A program made the translations under genes and the position numbers. The notes under the pieces are model-generated. The model worked only from the letters and a program-made list of their open reading frames with translations, was not told the DNA's origin and searched no databases. From Phycisphaera mikurensis NBRC 102666 (GTDB lineage: Bacteria; Planctomycetota; Phycisphaerae; Phycisphaerales; Phycisphaeraceae), in NCBI RefSeq assembly GCF_000284115.1, contig NC_017080.1:2100001-2132000 (forward strand): a stretch of DNA of 32,000 nt, written 5' to 3'. Position 1 is the stretch's first letter. The number at the start of each line of letters is the position of its first letter. Positions 1 to 8,474 of this stretch are shown here, piece after piece.

Positions 1-1445
1 ACGCCGTCGATGGCCCGCAGGTTCGAGGCGTGGTACCCGGCGAGGAACGCGTCGAGCGTGGTCCGCCCGGCGAGGAAGTCCTGGGCCCCGCTCCGCCACT
101 CGAAGACGCCCTCGGGGTCCGCCGAGAGCGAGAGGAAGAGGTCCTTGACGAAGCCGTTCCCCTCGAACGCGTCCAGCTTGTCCCGCAGCGCCGGCGGCAG
201 CTCCACGCCGTCCACGGCGGGCAGCCCGTTCAGCGGCAGGCCGCGCTCCAGGGCGCTGTCGAAGAGCACCTGCACCCCCGCGGGCGACGTGATGTACCGC
301 AGGAAGTCGATGACCGCCTCGCGGTGCGCGGCGTCGCCCCGGTCGCTCGCGGAGAGCACGACCGCGGGCCCGCCGACGCCGCGGAACGCGCCGAGCGCCA
401 GCGGGTCGCCGCGGATCGTCGGCAGCCACGACACGCCCCAGCGGAAGCCGACCGGCCCGGCCGCGCCGCTGGCCCCCGCGTCGGTCTCGCGCCGCGTCAG
501 GTCCAGCACCTCGCCGGAGAGCATCAGCCCCATCGCCGCTTTCTGCTGCAGGAACAGCCGCGTGGCGTTCTGCCCATCGGTGCCGAGGAAGCCCGGCTGC
601 GCGAAGGCGAGCAGCTCGCCGAGGCGCCGGTGGATCGACCGGAACCGATCCGACCGCACGTCGATGCGGCCCTCGCGGAAGGCGAGCAGCGCCCGCTCGG
701 TGTTGATCGGGACCAGCAGGTCCGAGCCGTCCGGGTCGTGGGCCGTGGCCTCCACGTAGTCCCAGTCGCCCGGCTGCGCGGCGACCACCGGCAGCAGGTC
801 GCGCAGGTACACGTCCATCAGCATCCGGTGGAGCCACGCCACCTGACCCACCCGGAAGCTCTCCGCGTCGCCGCCGATCGCCAGCGGCGTGACGCCGGCG
901 TCTTGCAGCGTTGCGCAGGCGTCCAGGAAGCCGTCCCAGTCTTCGGGCACGCCGTCGATGCCGTGCGCCGCGAGCAGGTCGCGGTTGAAGACCAGCCCGA
1001 TCTCCACCGCGTCCAACGGAATCTGGTAGACGCGGCCGTTGTAGGCGTAGCGGTCGAGCAGCGCCCGGTCGAAGCCGTCGGCCCATGGCTCGCCGCTGTG
1101 CGGGTTCAACGCGTCCAGCGCCTCGTCGAGGAAGCGGACGCCGCCCTCCTGCACGAGGCCGGAGATGAAGTTGACGTGGAAGAGGTCCGGCACGAGGTCG
1201 CCGCCGGCGGCGAAGCGCGTCCGCAGCCACGTGCCATAGCCCTCGGGGATGAGCGAGAGCTCGATCCGCGTGCCGGGGTTCTCGCGCTCGTAGGCCGCCG
1301 CGAGCTCCTGGAACCCCGGGAAGTAGTTGGGCGTGTTGACCGCGAGCGAGACGGTTTCGGCGGAAGCCGGGCTTGCCCGCGGCAACGCGAGCGTGAGCCC
1401 GACCAGCAGGAAGAGCAGCAGCGAGCCGGAGCGGCGCTCGGCCAT
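1..1445 (-). CDS. Extracellular solute-binding protein (ABC sugar transporter, family 1-like), 3' end beyond window
   Basis: Reverse complement from ATG at 1445 reads MAERRSGSLLLFLLVGLTLALPRASPASAETVSLAVNTPNYFPGFQELAAAYERENPGTRIELSLIPEGYGTWLRTRF..., i.e. a signal peptide plus a typical sugar-binding N-terminus. Start overlaps the upstream stop (TGATG). The track shows only antisense ORFs here. Confidence 0.85.
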   Translation of the reverse strand, partial: MAERRSGSLLLFLLVGLTLALPRASPASAETVSLAVNTPNYFPGFQELAAAYERENPGTRIELSLIPEGYGTWLRTRFAAGGDLVPDLFHVNFISGLVQEGGVRFLDEALDALNPHSGEPWADGFDRALLDRYAYNGRVYQIPLDAVEIGLVFNRDLLAAHGIDGVPEDWDGFLDACATLQDAGVTPLAIGGDAESFRVGQVAWLHRMLMDVYLRDLLPVVAAQPGDWDYVEATAHDPDGSDLLVPINTERALLAFREGRIDVRSDRFRSIHRRLGELLAFAQPGFLGTDGQNATRLFLQQKAAMGLMLSGEVLDLTRRETDAGASGAAGPVGFRWGVSWLPTIRGDPLALGAFRGVGGPAVVLSASDRGDAAHREAVIDFLRYITSPAGVQVLFDSALERGLPLNGLPAVDGVELPPALRDKLDAFEGNGFVKDLFLSLSADPEGVFEWRSGAQDFLAGRTTLDAFLAGYHASNLRAIDG

Positions 1446-4400
1446 CACGCGTCCCGGAGCCGGCGGACGGAAAGCACCGGCCGGGCCCTGAGGCCGACCG
1501 GCACGAACTGGTACCGCTCGACGTCCAGCGGGCCGCCGGGGTCGTAGCACTCCGGGCCGGTCCACTCCGGCCAGAGGTCGCGGTGGTGCAGCGGGCCCAG
1601 GCAGTTGCGCCGGTGACCGAGCAGCTCGACCTCTAAGCCAACGTCGCCGCTTCTTCCGCTCAGCGCCTCGGTCAGGTCCGCTTCGAAGGGCGGCCAAGCG
1701 ACGAGCGCATCCACACCGCCCACCCGCACGCGCGCGGCCACCGCGTCGAAGCCGGGCAGCGAGAGCACGAGCCGGTCGCCGGGGCGGTGCTCCGGCACCT
1801 CCACCGTCAACGCGTGGGTCAGGTTCCCGCCGTACATCGGCAGGCCCTGGCCGTTCCAGTCGCCGAGCGCGACGGCCGTCGGCTCCGCCGTCATCACCAT
1901 GTCGAGCCCGTCGACGCGGGCGCCGAAGCCGCCGAGCAGGTACACCGCCTCGAGCCCGGGGTGCAGCTCGTCGACGCGGCCGCGGACCGTGAGCGTGTGG
2001 ACCCCTTTTCGCAGACGGTCCGCGGGCAGCGGGACTCTGCGGATCGCCCGGTCGCACCAGAAGCCGTCGTCGGCGACCGCGACGGCCTCGCCGTCGAGGT
2101 CGAGCCGGAAGGTGGCGGGCCGCTCGATCCCGAGCCACAAGTCGCCGGTTGGCGGCGCCTCCACGATGAAGGAGAAGCGCATCTCCACGTCCGCCCCCCG
2201 CGGGTCCGTCACCGGGTCGCGGGCCCAGGGCTGCTTCATCTGCCCGCCGCGGTGCGGCATCCCGACGCGGTCGCGGAACAGCCGGTCGATGGCGAGGACG
2301 TCCGCCTCGGAACGGAGCGGCTCGCCGTCGAAGCCGAAGCGGGCGCGGTCCAGCACGATCACGTTCGGCTCGGAACGCTCGATCGCGTAGGGGCCGTCGG
2401 AGGCCGCGACCGCCCGCACCTCCTCGAACCGGTCGTCGCTCGGCGGCAGGTCCTCGTCCTCGCCTCCCGCTTTGGGCACGCGGAACAGCCGGGACCCCAG
2501 CGCCGGCAACGAGGTGTCGATCGTCCAGCCGTCTCCCGACCGCTCCGCCGCCGGCCGCAGCACCCGGCCCGTCGCCGGGTCCAGCTCCACCGGGCGGCCC
2601 GCCGCGCCCGCGAAGCCGGAGATCGACAGCCGCGGGTACGCCCGCGTCCGCTCGACGCAGCGCAGCGGGTCGTTCATGTGCGCAGGACGCTGGTCGTCGC
2701 GGTGGCCGGTGTTGCAGACGAACAGCGTCCACGCCTCTTCGTCCTCGCGGAGCAGGTGCAGCAGCGAGGCCGCCGCCGAACCGTCCGGCTCGCGGAAGCG
2801 GAGCCGCCGGCCCCGCTCCCCGACGGCGTCGAGCCAGCGGTCTCCGCCTTCCGCCCGGCCGGCCAGCGCCGCCGCCGCGGGCGCCGGCCGGGCGTCGACC
2901 AGGCCCGCCGGCTCGCCCGCGAACACCACGCGCCCGCCCGCGTCGAGGAAGCCCCGCAGCAGCGCGAGCGTCGCCGACCGGATGGTCTCCATCGGCGGCA
3001 CCACCACCACCCGGTACACCGCCTCGCCGACGCGCAGCGTGGGCCCCTCCTCCACCGACCCCAGGCGCCCGAGCATCTCCTCGTCGCCGTAGTCGAAGTC
3101 GATGCCCGCTCCCAGCAGCGCGTCCCGCACCCGGATGACCGAGGCGTCGAGCGCCTCCACCGCCGGCGTCTCCATCCCGCCCGGCCGGGTGTGCAGCCAC
3201 ACCGACTCCACCGGGTGAAGCACCAGCACGTCGCGCACCTCCCGGCTCCCGGGCCGGTCCAGCGCCGCGTGGATCCGCGCGAAGTAGGTCTCGACCTCGC
3301 CGTACGACGCCCACCACGGCGACTGGTCGAAGACGCTCGCGGGGTAGTCGCGCTTGCACTCGCCGAGCAGCGTGTACAGCGAGAGGTGGTGGCACCGCAG
3401 GTTGATGCCCAGCGCCGCCTGCCAGTCGCCCAGCGCCTTGTGCCCGGCGAAGGAGAAGTCCCAGCCGGTGCAGCCGTAGGTCTCGGTCAGGCGCCAGCGC
3501 CGGCCGACCTGGCGGGCCACGCTGCTGACCTGCTTGGCCGTCTCGTACACCCGCCACCGCTCGGTGAGCAGGTCCATGCCCGGCGCCTGCATCGGCTCGA
3601 GCTGGCGCATGACCGAGCCCACGTGCTCGGCCTGCCGCGAGAGCGTGTCCTCCAGGAGAACGTGGCCGGTGAGCATCACGCCGTGCTCCTCGCACCACGC
3701 GCCGATCTGCCGCGTGAAGGCGTCGGCGAACATCTCGGTCCGCAGATGGTGGTAGCGGAAGCGCGTCTCCGCGGTCGCGTCCCGGGGGCCGTCGAAGAAC
3801 AGCGCCGGCAGGCTGTCGAGCAGGTCCTCGCCGAAGCGCTCCCGGTACGCGGCGGGCAGCCCCGCCGTCCAGGAGATGCCCGGCTGCAGGTGCCCGATGT
3901 TCGGCTCGTCGGTGAAGATCCCGGGAATCGTCCGTCCGAAGTCGTCGCCGTGCCGCCGGGCGTAGGCCTCGTGGGTCACCTCCAGGAACCTCGCCACCGC
4001 CGCGGGGTTGAGGTTGTCCAGGTAGGCCGCGCCGTTGTACCAGTCGCTGGTCTCCATCACGTGGACGCGGAAGCGCACGCACGCCTCGCCCGCCCGCAGC
4101 GCGTCGCCGGGACCCAGCCGACGCGACGACCGCGCCGCCTCCCCCTCCAATACCACCGCGAACCGGGCGACCGTCTCGTGCCCGTCCGCCTCCGCCGCGT
4201 CGGCCTCCCTGACGCTCGCGTGCGTCTCCGCCACCAGCCGCCGCAGCCGCAGCGCCGGGTCCCGCGTGACCAGCCCGCCGGCCCCGCCGCTGGGCCAGCG
4301 GTCCTCGTCGTAGATCCACGCCGTCATCCCCAGCCGCTTGGCCTCGTCCACGCACAGCCGCGTGAGGTCGAACCACTCGTCGCTGAGGTAGGCCGTCTCC

Positions 4401-4621
4401 AGCCCGACCCGCGGGTGCATGAAGAAGCCGCCGAAGCCCATCTCCTTGAGCAAGCCGATCTGCCGGAGCATCTCCTCGGGCTCCAGCGCCGCGTTCCACG
4501 ACCACAGCGGCAGCCCGCGGAACTCCGCGGCGGGTTCGCGGAACCAAGTGTTGGCAGAAGCCTGAGGCACGGTTGAGATCTGCATTCTTGAGGCCAGGCG
4601 GGCCGCCCGGATGGACGACAT
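1445..4621 (-). CDS. Large glycoside hydrolase, GH106 (alpha-L-rhamnosidase)-like / related uncharacterised GH
   Basis: Contains FRGLPLWSWNAALEPEEMLRQIGLLKEMGFGGFFMHPRVGLETAYLSDEWFDLTRLCVDEAKRLGMTAWIYDEDRWPSGGAGG, typical of the GH106-like TIM barrel. The track ORF extends to 4705, but a motif/operator-like site at 4644-4653 suggests initiation at 4621 or 4585. Confidence 0.75.
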   Translation of the reverse strand: MSSIRAARLASRMQISTVPQASANTWFREPAAEFRGLPLWSWNAALEPEEMLRQIGLLKEMGFGGFFMHPRVGLETAYLSDEWFDLTRLCVDEAKRLGMTAWIYDEDRWPSGGAGGLVTRDPALRLRRLVAETHASVREADAAEADGHETVARFAVVLEGEAARSSRRLGPGDALRAGEACVRFRVHVMETSDWYNGAAYLDNLNPAAVARFLEVTHEAYARRHGDDFGRTIPGIFTDEPNIGHLQPGISWTAGLPAAYRERFGEDLLDSLPALFFDGPRDATAETRFRYHHLRTEMFADAFTRQIGAWCEEHGVMLTGHVLLEDTLSRQAEHVGSVMRQLEPMQAPGMDLLTERWRVYETAKQVSSVARQVGRRWRLTETYGCTGWDFSFAGHKALGDWQAALGINLRCHHLSLYTLLGECKRDYPASVFDQSPWWASYGEVETYFARIHAALDRPGSREVRDVLVLHPVESVWLHTRPGGMETPAVEALDASVIRVRDALLGAGIDFDYGDEEMLGRLGSVEEGPTLRVGEAVYRVVVVPPMETIRSATLALLRGFLDAGGRVVFAGEPAGLVDARPAPAAAALAGRAEGGDRWLDAVGERGRRLRFREPDGSAAASLLHLLREDEEAWTLFVCNTGHRDDQRPAHMNDPLRCVERTRAYPRLSISGFAGAAGRPVELDPATGRVLRPAAERSGDGWTIDTSLPALGSRLFRVPKAGGEDEDLPPSDDRFEEVRAVAASDGPYAIERSEPNVIVLDRARFGFDGEPLRSEADVLAIDRLFRDRVGMPHRGGQMKQPWARDPVTDPRGADVEMRFSFIVEAPPTGDLWLGIERPATFRLDLDGEAVAVADDGFWCDRAIRRVPLPADRLRKGVHTLTVRGRVDELHPGLEAVYLLGGFGARVDGLDMVMTAEPTAVALGDWNGQGLPMYGGNLTHALTVEVPEHRPGDRLVLSLPGFDAVAARVRVGGVDALVAWPPFEADLTEALSGRSGDVGLEVELLGHRRNCLGPLHHRDLWPEWTGPECYDPGGPLDVERYQFVPVGLRARPVLSVRRLRDA

Positions 4622-4643
4622 CTCATCGGAGACTAATCGTTCG

Positions 4644-4653
4644 GTACAGACCG
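4644..4653. promoter_or_regulatory. Putative GntR/AraR-type operator, site A (GGTACAGACC)
   Basis: Matches RGTAYRKACY shared with sites in the other divergent intergenic regions. Located 23 nt upstream of candidate start 4621. Confidence 0.5.
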
Positions 4654-4793
4654 TGCGAGCGGTCTCGGCGAGCAGGTACTCGGACCGCCGCCTCGCTCGA
4701 GTCATCGTGAACCTTTGTGCGTGTCCCTCGATGAAGCAACATGCCCGAGAACACGTGCGATTGCGGTCATCCTCGAGGCCCAGGGCGAGGTCC

Positions 4794-4828
4794 TTGCATT
4801 CAAACGAGGATGCAATAGGGTGTGTACC
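4794..4828 (+). promoter_or_regulatory. Putative promoter with operator-like site F (GGTGTGTACC, 4819-4828)
   Basis: TTGCAT (4794-4799), 16-nt spacer, TAGGGT (4816-4821). The looser motif variant GGTGTGTACC overlaps the -10. TTGCAT-N10-ATGCAA inverted repeat also present (4794-4815). Confidence 0.35.
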
Positions 4829-4963
4829 AAATCAGCTCCCCTTCTCGCTCGCACGCAATCTGTTTCAAGCGTTTCCTTTCCTCCGAGGTTGCTCCGCTGC
4901 GACCACGGCTCGGCACGACGGCCAGCGCGAACGCAGCGATCCTCCTCTCCTCGCAAGGGCTTC

Positions 4964-5926
4964 ATGCTTCGTTCGCTTCTTCTTGCCGTCTCAGTCGCCA
5001 CCAGCCTGCTTCCGTTGTCCGCCGCGCGGGCCACCGACGTCTTTCTGAGTCCGGTCGGTTCCCGTGGGCTCGGAGAACCCCGTGGTGCGGCGGGATGGCT
5101 GGAATCTCGCGCCGCTCTTCGGGGGTACTGGTTCAACATCGCTGGCCTCAGCAATGCCGACGCGATGGCCGTGATCCTCCAGACACCCAACGCGGAACAT
5201 GCCATCGTGCCCATCTCATTCAAAAAGAGGGTGAACGAGACCGAACTCATTGTGGCGTGCCCGGCGTTCAACAAGCTGCAGAACATCAACGCCCTGCTCG
5301 GACCCGACCGCTCGCTCGATGTCGCGGTCGTCGCCTTCGACTGCGTCAGCGCCGCGGAAGGTGCATTGGACCTCAACGTCCTCCGAATGACACCTCCGCG
5401 CCCGCTGCGACCGATGAACATCAACGAAGCGGCCGCTTTGGTGCGTGAGGCCAGCCGCGGCGACCGCTTCGGTGGCGCGGGCACGGCGGTCACGTTCTCG
5501 CCACGCCATGGTCTCCACCGGCCGAGCTTGGGCGTCGGCACTTACCTCTGGCGAGCGCGAAAACTGATGGATGAGGCGACCGATGGTGTCGCAGTCGAGG
5601 TGAGCCCTTGGAGGCTCAACAGATTTCCGGCTGCTCGCGAGGGTTTCTTTCGTCTCTACGACGAAGCGAAAGGTCGTGGCCTGAACTTCTACTGGCTGAT
5701 GAACCGTGGGGTCGACACAAGCAACGCCGACTGGCTGAGAGAGGTCCAGCGGGGGCTGGCGCTTGCACGAGATCGAGACCGCATCCCCGATGTGGTCGCA
5801 GTGTCCAACCACGGCGACATCGGCGACGTCAACTACCTACCGCTCGTGCCCGAACGGGATCTTTCGGGGCAACCGAACAACACGCTGTCCGGAACGCTGC
5901 TCTTCCTGCAGAACCAGCTGCAGTGA
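4964..5926 (+). CDS. Exported protein of unknown function (paralogue of 28928..29827)
   Basis: The track ORF starts at 4715, but MLRSLLLAVSVATSLLPLSAARA at 4964 is a clean signal peptide with AGGG upstream. The C-terminal half aligns by eye with the 28928..29827 product. Confidence 0.75.
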   Translation: MLRSLLLAVSVATSLLPLSAARATDVFLSPVGSRGLGEPRGAAGWLESRAALRGYWFNIAGLSNADAMAVILQTPNAEHAIVPISFKKRVNETELIVACPAFNKLQNINALLGPDRSLDVAVVAFDCVSAAEGALDLNVLRMTPPRPLRPMNINEAAALVREASRGDRFGGAGTAVTFSPRHGLHRPSLGVGTYLWRARKLMDEATDGVAVEVSPWRLNRFPAAREGFFRLYDEAKGRGLNFYWLMNRGVDTSNADWLREVQRGLALARDRDRIPDVVAVSNHGDIGDVNYLPLVPERDLSGQPNNTLSGTLLFLQNQLQ

Positions 5927-6098
5927 AACGTGGAGGCGCCGTTCGTCTGCTTCCTCCAGCGGCGCAGGCCGCGTTCATGGCATCAGAAGGTCGAGGCAGA
6001 TCATCTTGCTTGATGCACATGGGTCACGACGGACTCTGACACAGGCGGGCGGCGGCCGAGACAAGCGACATCAGGCCGCTCTGCTGCAGTTTCTGACA

Positions 6099-7559
6099 TC
6101 ACTTCCCGTCGTTTGCACCCGGGATGCGGAGGTGGAACGGAGCGGCGGGCAACCCACTGCGATCCGTCAAGTTCACGCCGATCGGGTTGTCGGCCCAGCC
6201 GTAGAGCACTTCCACCGGCTGGCCCACCCCCTCGGCGGTGAGGCGGACCGTGTCGTCATGGAGGACGCTGGTCGCGCGTTCCGTGCGGCCGTTCGCGCTC
6301 CGAAGCCAGAACTCGGCGGGCGGCTTCCCGTCGTCGGTGAGGAGCGGCGGCGAGGCGGTGGCAAACCGCACGTGGACGGCTTCGCCGTCCCGCAGAACCT
6401 CCTCCACCCGCGGACCCTCGGCCACGTTGCCGCGGCCGTAGACGTCGCGAAGGGCCAGCTTGGCGAGGCGCCGGCCCACCGGCGCCTTGTCCTTCGGGTG
6501 GATGTCCGTGAAATCGGGATCGTCGAGGTCTACGATCACCGCCATGGCAGCGCCCGGCACGGTTGCCGCGGTCTCGGCCTGCACGGCCCGCAGCGGCGGC
6601 CATGGCTGCTCGACGAAGTCGACACCCAGCGGAGCGCGGTAGCGAGCGAGTTGCACGAAGAGGAAGGGCAGGTCGGGCCGCTGCCACGCCGCCCGCCACG
6701 CCTTGATCAGCAGCGGGAACAGCACCCGGTAGCGCGGAGCGTCGGAAGCGTCGCTCTCGCCCTGGTACCAGATGACGCCGGTGACCGGCGTCTCCCGGAG
6801 CGGGTGGATCATCGCGTTGTAGAGGGCGCCGGCGCGGTGCTGCGGGTCGGGATGGTTCGCGGTGGAGGCAATCAGCGATGCGGTCGCCGGCTCGGATGAA
6901 AGCGCTGCGACCGGTGCCCAGGAAGCCGCGCCGGTGCCGCCCCAGCTCGCGTGCAGGACACCGATGGGCACGCCGGTCGCCTCGTGCACCTCGAGCGCGA
7001 AGCGGTGCGCCACGGCGCTGAAGCCGCGGGTTCCCTGCGGCGTGGTCGGCAACCACCGCGCCTCCGCGACCGCCAGCGGCACCTCGCTGGCGGTTCGCGC
7101 CACCTGCAGGTGACGCACCAGCGGGACGCTCTGCGCGGCGACGACCGCGCCATCGGCGGCGTCCATGACCCGCCACTGCATGTTGCTCTGGCCGGAGGCG
7201 AGCCAGAGATCGCCAACCGCGACGTCCTCACAGAAGATGGTTCCAACGTTGCCCCGGCCCGGATCGACCTCGTCCACGCGGAGCGTGTACGGCCCGCCCG
7301 CCGGCATCGGGGGGAGCTTCACGACGAAGGTGCCGTCCGCGCTCACCGGTGCGGACTCGCTGACCACCGCGTTCTTCGCGTCGAGAAACGCAGCGCGGGC
7401 CAGCATCCCGGCTCGGGCGGTTCCACGGACCGTGATCGGTTGATCCCGTTGAAACACTGCATGATCACCCACGAGCGGGTGCAGCCGCAACCCGAACGCG
7501 GGCGGCGTCGACGCGACCACGAGCAAGACGATCAATCGGGTGATGAAAGGCATGTCCAT
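6099..7559 (-). CDS. Sialate O-acetylesterase-like (SGNH/SASA family) secreted esterase
   Basis: MDMPFITRLIVLLVVASTPPAFGLRLHPLVGDHAVFQRDQPITVRGTA...DLWLASGQSNMQW...GVIWYQGESDA...FTDIHPKDKAPVGRRLA; GQSNM, WYQGES and DIHP blocks are typical. Confidence 0.9.
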   Translation of the reverse strand: MDMPFITRLIVLLVVASTPPAFGLRLHPLVGDHAVFQRDQPITVRGTARAGMLARAAFLDAKNAVVSESAPVSADGTFVVKLPPMPAGGPYTLRVDEVDPGRGNVGTIFCEDVAVGDLWLASGQSNMQWRVMDAADGAVVAAQSVPLVRHLQVARTASEVPLAVAEARWLPTTPQGTRGFSAVAHRFALEVHEATGVPIGVLHASWGGTGAASWAPVAALSSEPATASLIASTANHPDPQHRAGALYNAMIHPLRETPVTGVIWYQGESDASDAPRYRVLFPLLIKAWRAAWQRPDLPFLFVQLARYRAPLGVDFVEQPWPPLRAVQAETAATVPGAAMAVIVDLDDPDFTDIHPKDKAPVGRRLAKLALRDVYGRGNVAEGPRVEEVLRDGEAVHVRFATASPPLLTDDGKPPAEFWLRSANGRTERATSVLHDDTVRLTAEGVGQPVEVLYGWADNPIGVNLTDRSGLPAAPFHLRIPGANDGK

Positions 7560-7614
7560 GGGGACCGGGCGCAAGCAGAACGACATCGGGAAGCCTGCCG
7601 GCGCGGTGCCGGCA

Positions 7615-8412
7615 TCAGAAGAACTGCAGGTAGACGCCGGAGCGAAAGGGTGCCGCTGCTCCGCCGGAGGTGAGGCCGTCCTCGGCCACCGAGGGGTGGA
7701 AGATGTTGTCTCCGAACAGGTAAGGGCCCCGCCCCTGCCGCGTATCGAGCAGCCCGGAGTTCTCGAAACTGACATGATTGTCGTTGTAGACCACCGATCC
7801 TCGCCACTCGCTCGGCTCGTTGGACCAGACGCTTCCATAGGTGCCCGCCGCGGCGACGGTGTTGATCTGGCCCCCGTTGAGATCCACCGCCCGGTCCGCC
7901 ATGACCGGCGACTGCCCGTTGAGCGTCTCCCGCCACTCCCGGAAGCGCGGCTCCGGCGCAAGGGGCGACGACCCGGAGGAATCCAGAAACACGAGTTGAG
8001 CGACGGCGTAGGAGAGGTTGCCGAGCGCCAAGCCGGTCGGGAGCGAAGCGTCGTAAGGGGTGCGGGACTCGTCTCCGGGATTGAGCAGGTACGCGGGGGG
8101 GATGTAGTCGCCGTCGATGAGCAGGAGCATGCGGCCGCGATTGGAGGCACCGCTGTACGTGAGCGTGGTGCCGGGGCGAAGCTCACTCGCGAGGACCTCC
8201 GTGCCGGCGCTGTCGATCCCGGGGAAGAAACCCTTGTTCCCCTGCGCGTAGGCGACCATCCCCTGGTGAATCCCGCGAACCTGCGTCCCGTTCTGCATCT
8301 GCTTCGCCGCGGTGCGCGCCGCGCCCAGGGCCGGGAGGAGGATGCCGATGAGCAGCGCGATGATCGAGATGACCACCAGGAGTTCGATGAGCGTGAAGGC
8401 GGACCGTCGCAT
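7615..8412 (-). CDS. Prepilin-type N-terminal cleavage/methylation domain protein (pseudopilin-like)
   Basis: [57 protein letters not shown]... with a large C-terminal domain. Confidence 0.92.
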   Translation of the reverse strand: MRRSAFTLIELLVVISIIALLIGILLPALGAARTAAKQMQNGTQVRGIHQGMVAYAQGNKGFFPGIDSAGTEVLASELRPGTTLTYSGASNRGRMLLLIDGDYIPPAYLLNPGDESRTPYDASLPTGLALGNLSYAVAQLVFLDSSGSSPLAPEPRFREWRETLNGQSPVMADRAVDLNGGQINTVAAAGTYGSVWSNEPSEWRGSVVYNDNHVSFENSGLLDTRQGRGPYLFGDNIFHPSVAEDGLTSGGAAAPFRSGVYLQFF

Positions 8413-8474
8413 GGTGTCTTGATTCCAGAGGGAAGATGAGGGAGGAAGAAACAGAGGGCTCGTGCGCGTGAGAT

